From Polyangiaceae bacterium (GTDB taxonomy: Bacteria > Myxococcota_A > Polyangia > Polyangiales > Polyangiaceae), in the NCBI GenBank assembly GCA_044222475.1, contig JBGANF010000024.1, forward strand, positions 1-64,000: a DNA stretch of 64,000 nt, read 5' to 3'. The notes beneath the pieces were generated by a model. That model saw only the letters and a list, made by a program, of their open reading frames with translations. It was not told where the DNA came from and did no database searches. This document shows positions 1-8,681 of the stretch, in pieces (position 1 is the stretch's first letter; each line of letters begins with the position of its first letter). Position numbers and translations under genes: made by a program.

Positions 1-31
1 CGACTCGCCCTTGCAGGATGCGAACGCTCAT
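1..31 (-). CDS. Possible 5' end of a CDS running off the left edge (MSVRILQGRV...)
   Basis: ATG at 31-29, co-oriented with upstream minus-strand genes; only 10 codons visible. Confidence 0.3.
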   Translation of the reverse strand, partial: MSVRILQGRV

Positions 32-77
32 CGAGTCGTCAGGCGCCTCGATGGCGAGTTTGGCAGCGCCGTTCTTC

Positions 78-111
78 GGGCACGGGCACGGGCACGGGCA
101 CGTTCACGGGG
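78..111. repeat. Intergenic hexamer tandem repeat (GGGCAC)x4 plus degenerate GTTCAC-GGGG
   Basis: Read directly from the sequence. Confidence 0.9.
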
Positions 112-132
112 AGAAAGTTGGGGCCAGAGGCC

Positions 133-384
133 CTAGCCCTCTTCGTCGTCTTCGAGATCCCACAGGCGGTGTTGCGTGATCCCCACCGCCGTCGCGCAGC
201 CGTCGCACAAGTGCGGCTCCTCGTACCGAACTTCGTCACCGCGGGCGAACACCAGGAGCCCGCGCCCGGCGACGCGGGTCCCGTCGTCCTCGGTCACGGG
301 AGCGCCGCACGCATCGCATCGGATCGTGTCGTCGCTCTCGAAGAGGATCTCGTGGGTGGCTGATCGAACGGCGGGCGCGGACAT
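133..384 (-). CDS. Small putative Zn-binding protein (83 aa)
   Basis: MSAPAVRS start; CDAC and CDGC pairs; acidic C-terminus; follows the MATE gene on the same strand. Confidence 0.7.
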   Translation of the reverse strand: MSAPAVRSATHEILFESDDTIRCDACGAPVTEDDGTRVAGRGLLVFARGDEVRYEEPHLCDGCATAVGITQHRLWDLEDDEEG

Positions 385-400
385 CGACGTGTGCGACCCC

Positions 401-1882
401 TCACATACCACGAAACGCCGCGGTTTTCGACGCACGTTCCCACCACGGCACCTTCCGGTACGCGACCGCATACGCGATGGCGCTCACCACGCTCGTCGCG
501 GCGACGCACCGGAAGAGCGCGTCGATCGACCACCCGAGGAGCACGCCGGTGACGCAGATGGGGACCTGGAAGAGCAGGATGACGAGCGCGTCGACGACGA
601 GCGTCGTCCGGGTGGCGCCGGCGCCCGTCATCGCGTTGCCGAGCACGACGCCCACGCCGAGCGCGAGGTAGCTCGGCGCGACGACGACGAGGTAGCGCAG
701 CGCGATCGCGACCGGCGCGTCGTCGTCGTCGAAGACCCGGAGGACCCACTCGCCGAACCGGAAGACGAACAGCACGAGGAGCGCGTTGGTGAGCGCGTCG
801 AAGAGCGCGGTGTAGAGTCCGCTCCGCTTCGCTCGAGCCTCGTTGTTCGCCCCGAGGTTCTGGCCGACGAAGGTCTGCGCGGCGCTTCCCCATCCCATCG
901 CGACGAAGATCGCCATCGTGTCGAGGCGGAAGACGAGGCCCATCGCGGTGGTCGCCGTCTGATCCGTCTGGGTCGTGAACGCGCGGGCGACCATCGACTG
1001 GACGAAGAGCCCCGCCGCGATGCGCAGCACGAACTGCGCGCTCGACGGCCACGCGACGCCGACCATCGATCGCAGCTCGCGGAAGTCCGGCCCGCGCTCG
1101 CCGGGGGGCGGGCGCAAGAGCGAGAACCGCCGCGCGAGGATCCACGCGTTGGGGACGAGGACGATCAAGCGCGCGATGATCGTCGCCCACGCGGCGCCGA
1201 GCATGCCCATGCGCGGGACGTGGAGCATCTTCGCGGCCTCGGTCGCCCACGACAGGTACTTCGGCGCGGGACCGGGCCCGAACACCATGAGCACCGCGAG
1301 GAACAGGTTGATCACGTTGCCGCCGACGAGGAGCGCGGCAGGCGTCTTCGCCGAGCCCAGCGCGCGCTGAATCGCGGTGAGCTGCAAGAGGAAGAAGATC
1401 GTGAAGCTCCCGCCGACGATGACGCGGAGGTAGCGCGCGCCGATCTCGGCGACCTCGCCCTTGGCGCCGATCACGTCGCGCAGGATGGGCCCGGCGAACA
1501 GGATGCCGAGGAGCGCGAACGCGACCCCGAGACCGCCGACGAGGATCAGCGACTGCCACGCGGCGCGGCGCACCCCGACCTCGTCGCCGGCGCCTTTGCG
1601 CTGGGCGATCGCCGCCGCCGACGCGGTCGACACCCCGTAGCTGAGGATCGTCCCGATCGCCGCGACCTGATCGCAGATGCCGAGCGCCCCGAGCGCGGGG
1701 CCGACTTCGTTCTTCGGGAGCTGCGCCAGGAGGTACGCGTCGACGAGGTTGAACGTCGTCTGGAGCGCCATTCCCAGGGCGATCGGCGCACCGAACCGGA
1801 ACACCTCGAAGGCCAAGGGACCCTCGAGGATGCGCGTCGTCGCCCGATCGGCGGCAGCTCCGCTCACGATGAGACCCTCCAT
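401..1882 (-). CDS. MATE family efflux transporter
   Basis: About 12 hydrophobic segments, two-repeat layout, motifs FNLVDAY, RALGSAKTP, GAAWAT, GQNLGA. Confidence 0.92.
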   Translation of the reverse strand: MEGLIVSGAAADRATTRILEGPLAFEVFRFGAPIALGMALQTTFNLVDAYLLAQLPKNEVGPALGALGICDQVAAIGTILSYGVSTASAAAIAQRKGAGDEVGVRRAAWQSLILVGGLGVAFALLGILFAGPILRDVIGAKGEVAEIGARYLRVIVGGSFTIFFLLQLTAIQRALGSAKTPAALLVGGNVINLFLAVLMVFGPGPAPKYLSWATEAAKMLHVPRMGMLGAAWATIIARLIVLVPNAWILARRFSLLRPPPGERGPDFRELRSMVGVAWPSSAQFVLRIAAGLFVQSMVARAFTTQTDQTATTAMGLVFRLDTMAIFVAMGWGSAAQTFVGQNLGANNEARAKRSGLYTALFDALTNALLVLFVFRFGEWVLRVFDDDDAPVAIALRYLVVVAPSYLALGVGVVLGNAMTGAGATRTTLVVDALVILLFQVPICVTGVLLGWSIDALFRCVAATSVVSAIAYAVAYRKVPWWERASKTAAFRGM

Positions 1883-1953
1883 AGCACGTCGCCTCGTGCA
1901 AAATTTGCGCGGTAAGGTTGCCGCGCTCGGGAAAAACGCGGTAAGAACTCCGG

Positions 1954-2997
1954 GTGAGCGAGCGCGATCCGCAGAAGAAGCCGGGGGGCAACCCCGACGT
2001 CGCCCGTCCGGGCCGTCGCGAGATGCTCGTGCGCGCCGGCGCCGCCGCCGGCGTGCTCGGCGCCGTCGCGCTCGCAGCGAAGCTACGGCACGATCAAGGC
2101 GGCTTCGGCATCGCCGGCGGCGAAGGCGCGCGCCAGGTCCGCGACTACCGCGACCCCGAGGTCCGCAAGGACGCGCGCTACGCCGAGCTCGCCGTCGCGA
2201 AGGGCGTCGTCGACGGAGACGGCAAGGCGCCCGCGCCCGAAGATCTCGTGAAGCGCGCGCTCGAAGCGATGGGCGGGATGAAGCGCTTCGTGTCGAAGGG
2301 CGACGTCGTCGTCATCAAGCCCAACATCGGGTGGGATCGCCTGCCGATGCACGCCGCGAACACCAACCCCGACGTCGTCGCCGCGGTCGCGCGCGCGGCG
2401 TGGGACGCAGGCGCAAAGCGCGTCGTCGTCGCGGACGGGTCGTGCAACGAGCCGGAGCGGTGCTTCCAGCGCTCGGGCATCTGGAACAAAGCCTACGACG
2501 CCGGCGCCGAGGTCGTGCTCCCGGCCGAGCACCGCTACCGCCGCATGCGCCTCCAGGGTGACGTCCTCGACGAGTGGCCCGTCTTCACGACCCTCGTCGA
2601 CGCCGACAAGGTGATCAACGTCCCGGTCGCGAAGCACCACAACCTCGCCAAGTTCACCGCGGCGATGAAGAACTGGTACGGCGTGCTTGGCGGGCGGCGA
2701 AACCGGCTGCACCAGAGCATCGACCTCTCCATCGCCGATCTCGCGACCTTCATGCGACCGTCGCTGACGATCGTCGACGCCGTGCGCGTGCTCCTCCGCA
2801 ACGGACCGCAAGGCGGCAACGTCGACGACACGAAGGAGATGCACACCATCGTGGCCTCGGTCGATCAGGTCGCGGCCGACGCCTATGCGTGCACGCTCAT
2901 CGGCCAGAAGCGGGAGAACCTTCCGTACCTGAAGATGGCGAACGATCGGGGCATCGGCACGATGTTCTGGGAGAACCTTCGGGTGAAGGACGCCTGA
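1954..2997 (+). CDS. DUF362-family Fe-S protein with Tat signal
   Basis: GRREML twin-Arg plus hydrophobic stretch; VVIKPN, NTNPDVV, INVPVAKHH, MKNWYG, DQVAADAY. Confidence 0.85.
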   Translation: MSERDPQKKPGGNPDVARPGRREMLVRAGAAAGVLGAVALAAKLRHDQGGFGIAGGEGARQVRDYRDPEVRKDARYAELAVAKGVVDGDGKAPAPEDLVKRALEAMGGMKRFVSKGDVVVIKPNIGWDRLPMHAANTNPDVVAAVARAAWDAGAKRVVVADGSCNEPERCFQRSGIWNKAYDAGAEVVLPAEHRYRRMRLQGDVLDEWPVFTTLVDADKVINVPVAKHHNLAKFTAAMKNWYGVLGGRRNRLHQSIDLSIADLATFMRPSLTIVDAVRVLLRNGPQGGNVDDTKEMHTIVASVDQVAADAYACTLIGQKRENLPYLKMANDRGIGTMFWENLRVKDA

Positions 2998-2998
2998 C

Positions 2999-5056
2999 AT
3001 GGCCGCTCCGCAAGAGAAGCCTCACGCCGGAGTGCGCCTCGATCCCCACGCGCTGGGCATGGATCACGTGCACGAGCACGTCGAGCCGATCCCGTGGAAG
3101 ACTGGCCGTGTCGGTGCGGTCGATGCGATCGATCACCCCGTCGGGTATCACGAAGCGCGACAAGCGACCTCCATCCAGCCACCTCCTGTCCCAAAAAGGG
3201 ACGACAAGGTCGCCAAGACGATGGCCGCCGCGGAGAAGCAGCGGGTCGCCGAGCTCTCGGACGCGCTCGGCCTCGCCCCGGCCGACGGTGACGTCCGCAG
3301 CCCGACGGTCCCACCGAAGCCGAAGAAGATCGATCCGAAGCTCCCCGGCTCCGGCATCCCGGCGCGCACGTCCATCAAGGCGCTGATGTGGCTCCGGAGG
3401 TTCTCGCAGGTCGCGTTCTTCGCGGTGTTCTGCTGGTTCCTCTTCCAGACGGGCTTCCGCGGCTCGTTCGCCGCGCAGGCCGATCAGGCGGTGCGCTTGC
3501 CGTACCCGGTCGAGGCGTTCCTCCTCGCCGATCCGTTCGTCGCCGCGATGACGGCGCTGTCGACCCACACCGTGTACCGCGGGCTTCTCTGGAGCGTCGG
3601 TCTCCTCGCGCTGACGCTCGTCTTCGGCCGCGTGTTCTGCGGATGGATCTGCCCGTTCGGCACGCTGCACCACTTCTTCGGTTGGATCCTGCCGTCCCGC
3701 CGCGGTCGCGGTGCGGCCCGCGTCGAGGCGAACAAGACCAAGCGCTACCAGCGCGCGAAGTACTACCTGATGTACGCGTTCCTCCTCGCGTCGATCGGCG
3801 GCAGCGCGATCGGCGGGATGTTCGATCCGATCTGCATCGCCGTTCGCTCGATCGGGCTCGGCGTGATCCCCGCCGCGCAGTACGTCACCGGTCGCACCGC
3901 CAGCGGCGTCAGCTCCCACGTCGACTCGCGCACCGTGCAGGGCGCGGCCGACCACGGGCAGGACTTCTTCAGCCACACCGTCTGGCAGTCGCACCAGTTC
4001 TACTTCCACCAGACCTGGCTGATCCTCTTCCTGCTCGTCGCGGTGCTCTTCGCGAACCGGTTCATCCCGCGCTTCTGGTGTCGCGTGCTCTGTCCGCTCG
4101 GCGCGTTCCTCGGGGTGTTCTCGCGCTTCGCCCTCTTCGGCATGGAGAAGGACCACGCGAAGTGCACCGACTGCAACCTGTGCATCGTCAATTGCCAGGG
4201 CGCCGACAGCCCGCAGGGCGGCGTGAAGTGGCGCCAAGACGAGTGCCACATGTGCCTCAACTGCGAGAACGCGTGTCCGGAGGACGTCATCAAGTTCCGG
4301 TTCCTCCCCAACCGGCGCAGCGCGATCACCAAGCCGGACCTCGAGCGCCGCACCGCGCTCGCCGCCGCCGGCGCGGGCGCGCTGTTCCTGCCGATGGCGC
4401 GCGTCGCCGACTCGCTCGACGTGAACTACCACTCCAAGGTGATCCGCCCGCCTGGCGCGGTCGAAGAGCGCGCGTTCCTCGAGCGCTGCATCCGCTGCGC
4501 AGAGTGCATGAAGGTGTGCCCGAACAACGCGCTTCACCCCGCGTTCCTCGAGTCCGGCGTCGAGGGCGTCTGGACGCCGATCCTCATCGCGCGCATCGGC
4601 TACTGCGAGCACTCGTGCGTCCTCTGCGGCCAAGTGTGCCCGACCGGAGCGATCCAGAAGATCACCGAGAAGGAGAAGCTCGGCATCGACGTGGCGCCGA
4701 TCAAGATCGGCACCGCGTTCTACGATCACGGCCGCTGCTTGCCGTGGAGCATGGGCACCCCGTGCATCGTGTGCGAAGAGTTCTGCCCCACGTCACCGAA
4801 GGCCATCTGGGTCGAGGAAGTCGACCAGCAGGTGCGCGAGAAGGTGCCGGGACCGAACGGCGAGCCGCCGCCCTACAAGACGGTGCACCTGCAGAAGCCG
4901 CACGTCGACCCGTCGCTCTGCATCGGGTGCGGCGCGTGCGAGAAGGTGTGCCCGGTCCAGGATCAGCCGGCCGTCTACATCACGAGCGTGGGGGAGACCC
5001 GCAGCAAGACCAACGTGATCCTGCTGGAGAACACCAGCTACAACCAGAAGAGCTGA
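2999..5056 (+). CDS. Membrane polyferredoxin (NapH/MauN-like plus NapG/MauM-like fusion)
   Basis: CGWICP and CRVLCP motifs in TM region; several CxxCxxCxxxCP motifs; IRPPGA...FLERCIRCAEC. Confidence 0.88.
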   Translation: MAAPQEKPHAGVRLDPHALGMDHVHEHVEPIPWKTGRVGAVDAIDHPVGYHEARQATSIQPPPVPKRDDKVAKTMAAAEKQRVAELSDALGLAPADGDVRSPTVPPKPKKIDPKLPGSGIPARTSIKALMWLRRFSQVAFFAVFCWFLFQTGFRGSFAAQADQAVRLPYPVEAFLLADPFVAAMTALSTHTVYRGLLWSVGLLALTLVFGRVFCGWICPFGTLHHFFGWILPSRRGRGAARVEANKTKRYQRAKYYLMYAFLLASIGGSAIGGMFDPICIAVRSIGLGVIPAAQYVTGRTASGVSSHVDSRTVQGAADHGQDFFSHTVWQSHQFYFHQTWLILFLLVAVLFANRFIPRFWCRVLCPLGAFLGVFSRFALFGMEKDHAKCTDCNLCIVNCQGADSPQGGVKWRQDECHMCLNCENACPEDVIKFRFLPNRRSAITKPDLERRTALAAAGAGALFLPMARVADSLDVNYHSKVIRPPGAVEERAFLERCIRCAECMKVCPNNALHPAFLESGVEGVWTPILIARIGYCEHSCVLCGQVCPTGAIQKITEKEKLGIDVAPIKIGTAFYDHGRCLPWSMGTPCIVCEEFCPTSPKAIWVEEVDQQVREKVPGPNGEPPPYKTVHLQKPHVDPSLCIGCGACEKVCPVQDQPAVYITSVGETRSKTNVILLENTSYNQKS

Positions 5057-5063
5057 CGACCTC

Positions 5064-6461
5064 TCAGTTGGGTCCGACGGGGGGCGGAGGCGGCGGGAGC
5101 TTGTCGTCCTGGATGCACGACGCGAGGTCGAACAAGAGGAACTCGAGCGCCTTCTCTTGAGGCGACAGGTCGGTCGTGGTGCAGCCGTTCGGGAACGTCG
5201 CGCCCACTTGGTCGCCGGAAGACACGTGGAGATCGCTGAAGACGAACTTGCCGCACTGGTTGTCGGGCTTCAGCCCGACCGGCGTGTTGAACGAGTAGTA
5301 GTACACGACGTTCTGCGAGGTGTTGTAGACCCAGCGGGTCGAGTCGGTCGCGATTGCGTTGACGTCGCGCCGCGGATCCTTGATCGAGAAGATCGGCGGC
5401 GGGTTCGACTTGAGCGGGCCGTTGAAGCTCATCCACTCGGCGAAGGCCTTGCCTTTGGGGAACGTGTCGTCGATGTAGCCGTCGGACGGGTTCGGCGGGT
5501 TGCCCGGGTGCGAGAACGTGGCCGTGCTCTTGAAGTCCGGCGGCCCGTTCTCGAGCCAGGTGTAGTGGAAGTGCGTGCCGAAGACGCGGCCGCCCGCGTC
5601 CGCGTACGACTTCATCGCGGCGAACGCCTGCGCGCCCTTGTTCTCGTTGTGCTCGCCGCCTTCGCACCCGAGCATCACCATGTCGTACTTCTTGAGGTTC
5701 GCGTCGCTGTTCCAGAACGTGTTCACCGCGCCGGTCTGGCCGTTGATCTGGCCGCCGCCGAAGCCCTTGTAGAGGTGCACCGATCCGGTGCCGCCGCCAT
5801 TGGTGAACTCGGCGACGTCGAGGCCCATCTTCTTCGGCAAGCACTCGAGCGGGTCGGCGCCGCCGGTGGTGAGCGCGATGTACGGGATGTCGCCCTCGGA
5901 CTTGTTGCGCGGGAGGTGAGTGTCCGCCTTGGTGAGCGGCAGGTCCTTGCACGCGTCGACCTGCGGGATCGTCAGCTGGCGCCGCCACTTGCCGATCTGG
6001 ATGACGAGGGGGATGTCCTGACCGACCGGCACGTTCTTCAGCGTGAACTCGCCCTTGGTGTTGGTGAGCGTGCTCACGACCGGCGAGCCGGAGACCTGGC
6101 CGCACTTGTCGCACGTGGCGCCGTGCACGATCGGATCGACCGGCTTGTTCGGCACGTAGACGATGACGTTGTAGATCGGCACCTTGCCGGCCGGGTCGTA
6201 GACGATGCCGCTGATCGACGTCGTCCCGGAGTTGGGACACGTGACCTGCTTGCACTGGAGGTTCACGCACGGGCCGGGGAGGCCGCCATCGTTCGTCGCT
6301 CCGTCGATGTCGGGTGTGCAGAACGGCTCGCACGACGCTCCGCCGTCCTTGCCATTGTTCGGTCCGCCGTCGGGAAACTCGGAGCTGTCGTCGGATCCAC
6401 ATCCGCCCAGCAGTCCGACCCCGCACAACATCAACGCACCCAACGCGATGGCACCACGCAT
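5064..6461 (-). CDS. Myxobacterial-type lipoprotein with carboxypeptidase-regulatory-like domain
   Basis: Lipobox LGGC; TTSISGIVYDPAG, QIGKWRR, LSPQEKALEFLLFDL motifs. Confidence 0.75.
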   Translation of the reverse strand: MRGAIALGALMLCGVGLLGGCGSDDSSEFPDGGPNNGKDGGASCEPFCTPDIDGATNDGGLPGPCVNLQCKQVTCPNSGTTSISGIVYDPAGKVPIYNVIVYVPNKPVDPIVHGATCDKCGQVSGSPVVSTLTNTKGEFTLKNVPVGQDIPLVIQIGKWRRQLTIPQVDACKDLPLTKADTHLPRNKSEGDIPYIALTTGGADPLECLPKKMGLDVAEFTNGGGTGSVHLYKGFGGGQINGQTGAVNTFWNSDANLKKYDMVMLGCEGGEHNENKGAQAFAAMKSYADAGGRVFGTHFHYTWLENGPPDFKSTATFSHPGNPPNPSDGYIDDTFPKGKAFAEWMSFNGPLKSNPPPIFSIKDPRRDVNAIATDSTRWVYNTSQNVVYYYSFNTPVGLKPDNQCGKFVFSDLHVSSGDQVGATFPNGCTTTDLSPQEKALEFLLFDLASCIQDDKLPPPPPPVGPN

Positions 6462-6541
6462 GACTAGACTCCTCTCCGGCTGAAGGATTCCAGCAGACAA
6501 GCTATTGCTGACACTGAAACTTTACGCTCTCCCGCGAAACG

Positions 6542-6560
6542 GTCCAACACATTGTTGGAC
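6542..6560. promoter_or_regulatory. Palindromic operator candidate GTCCAACA-CAT-TGTTGGAC
   Basis: Perfect 8-bp inverted repeat in an AT-rich divergent intergenic region. Confidence 0.5.
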
Positions 6561-6717
6561 AGATACAAACACTTACAGAAGCGGAGCACCTCCCCCATCG
6601 TCTCCTCACAAGGTGGGACTCCGCTGATCGAATGGCCTCCGCTTCCCACTTCCGTCAGGTGCCACTGGCAACGTTCCGCCAGGCTGGAACCGCGAAATGG
6701 TGCTAGCTCTGCTGCCG

Positions 6718-7752
6718 ATGAAGAACGACCGATTTCTTCGCGCGTGCCGTCGGGAGCCCGTCGACGTGACGCCGGTGTGGTTCATGCGCCAGGCCGGCCG
6801 GTACATGCCCGAGTACCGCGCGCTCCGGGCGAAGCACTCCATGCTCGAGCTCTGCAAGACGCCGGACCTCGCGTGCGAGGTCACCCTGCAGCCGCTCGTC
6901 CACGGCGTCGACGCAGCGATCCTCTTCGCCGACATCTTGCTCCCGCTCGAGCCGATGGGCGCCCCGTTCGAGTTCGCCAAAGGCGAGGGGCCGGTCATCC
7001 ACAAGCCGGTGTCGACGCGGGCCGACATCGACGCGCTCCGCGTCATCGAGCCGGAGGACGGTCTCCAGTACGTGCTCGACGCGATCAAGATGATCCGGCG
7101 CGAGCTCGACGGGCGCGTGCCGCTCATCGGCTTCGCCGGCGCGCCGTTCACGCTCGCCAGCTACCTGATCGAAGGCGGCAAGAGCGCGCACTTCGCGAAG
7201 ACCAAGCGCCTCATGTACGCCGAGCCCGAGGCCTGGCACGAGCTCATGCGGAAGCTCGCCGAGGTCGTGCGGAAGTACATGCGCGCGCAGGTGACCGCGG
7301 GCGCGCAGTGCATGCAGCTGTTCGACTCGTGGGTCGGTCAGCTCTCGGTCGACGACTACCGCGAGTTCGTGTTCCCGCACGTGAAGCACATCCTGTCCGA
7401 CGTGATGACCGCCGGCGTGCCGGTGATTCACTTCGGCACCGGCACGCACTCGCTGCTCGAAGCGCAGCGCGACGCGGGCGGCCACGTGATCGGCCTCGAC
7501 TGGCGCACGCCGCTCGCCGAAGGGTGGCAGCGCGTGGGTCACGATCGGGCGGTGCAAGGCAACCTCGATCCGACGGTGCTCTTCGCCCCGGTCGAGGTCG
7601 CGAAGAAGCACGCCAAGCGCGTCCTCGCCGCGGCCGGCAACCGCCGCGGTCACGTCTTCAACCTGGGCCACGGCATCCTACCCGAGACCCCGGTCGACAC
7701 GGTGAAGGCGATCATCGACTTCGTTCACGAGACGAGCGGCCCGAGCACCTGA
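6718..7752 (+). CDS. hemE: Uroporphyrinogen decarboxylase
   Basis: PVWFMRQAGRYMPEYR, DAAILFADIL, IGFAGAPFTLASY, FNLGHG. Confidence 0.97.
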   Translation: MKNDRFLRACRREPVDVTPVWFMRQAGRYMPEYRALRAKHSMLELCKTPDLACEVTLQPLVHGVDAAILFADILLPLEPMGAPFEFAKGEGPVIHKPVSTRADIDALRVIEPEDGLQYVLDAIKMIRRELDGRVPLIGFAGAPFTLASYLIEGGKSAHFAKTKRLMYAEPEAWHELMRKLAEVVRKYMRAQVTAGAQCMQLFDSWVGQLSVDDYREFVFPHVKHILSDVMTAGVPVIHFGTGTHSLLEAQRDAGGHVIGLDWRTPLAEGWQRVGHDRAVQGNLDPTVLFAPVEVAKKHAKRVLAAAGNRRGHVFNLGHGILPETPVDTVKAIIDFVHETSGPST

Positions 7753-7766
7753 CGCATCGCACCGGC

Positions 7767-8681
7767 ATGGGCACGCAGACCGCCGTCCTCCTGATCACCC
7801 ACGGCACCGTCGCCGATCTCGCCGACCTGCCGGCGTTCGTGAAGAACATCCGTCGCGGGGCCGAGCCGCCGCCGGAGCTCATCCGCGAGCTGCGTCACCG
7901 CTACGAGGTCATCGGCGGGTCGTCCCCACTCGGGACGATCACCGAGTCGCTCGCGCGGAAGCTCGAGGCGAAGCTCGGGCTCTCGGTGCGGACGTGCATG
8001 CGCCTCTGGAAGCCGTACCCCGAGGACGTGCTCCCGACGCTCGGCGCGGATCGCGTGGTGGTGCTGGCGCTCGCCCAGCACTCGGCGAAGGTCTACGAGG
8101 ACGCGGTGCGCGCCGCGGCCGCCAAGCTCCCTGCGCCGCCGGACATCCGCGCGGTCCCCAACTGGGGTCGCGAGCCGGCGCTGCTCGACGCGTTCGCGAG
8201 GCGAGTCGTCGAGGCCGTGCAGGGGCTCGACGCGACCGAGCGCGCGAAGACCGCGCTGGTCCTCTCGGCGCACTCGCTCCCGAAGGCCATCGTCGACGCC
8301 GGGGACGCCTACGAGCGCGAGGCGCGCGCCGCCGCCGAGGGGGTCGCCGAGCGGGTCCGCGAACTGTTGCAAGATGCACGTATCGCATTCCAGAGCCAAG
8401 GCCTGTCGACCGGCCCCGGAGGCCGCCCCGTCGTGTGGTTGGGCCCGGATCTGCCGTCGACGTTCGACGCCGCCAAGAACGACGGGCGAGCGCGCGTCGT
8501 CGTTGCGCCGATCGGGTTCCTCGCCGACCACGTCGAGATCCTCTACGACCTCGACGTCGAGGCGAAGGCGCTCGCGAAGGATCGGGGGCTCGAGCTCGTG
8601 CGCACGCGCTCGCTGAACGACGACGACGACTTCGTCGACGTGCTCGCCGGGCTCGTGCGCCGAGCCTCGGGGGGCGCATGA
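7767..8681 (+). CDS. hemH: Ferrochelatase
   Basis: RYEVIGGSSPL, SAHSLP, WLGP, PIGFLADHVEILYDLD. Confidence 0.93.
   Translation: MGTQTAVLLITHGTVADLADLPAFVKNIRRGAEPPPELIRELRHRYEVIGGSSPLGTITESLARKLEAKLGLSVRTCMRLWKPYPEDVLPTLGADRVVVLALAQHSAKVYEDAVRAAAAKLPAPPDIRAVPNWGREPALLDAFARRVVEAVQGLDATERAKTALVLSAHSLPKAIVDAGDAYEREARAAAEGVAERVRELLQDARIAFQSQGLSTGPGGRPVVWLGPDLPSTFDAAKNDGRARVVVAPIGFLADHVEILYDLDVEAKALAKDRGLELVRTRSLNDDDDFVDVLAGLVRRASGGA

Noticed and set aside
6552..8681. 709-aa ORF suggesting an extended ferrochelatase or hemE-hemH frameshift fusion
   Set aside because: The upstream part is an off-frame read of hemE; hemH has its own ATG at 7767 and I saw no slippery site
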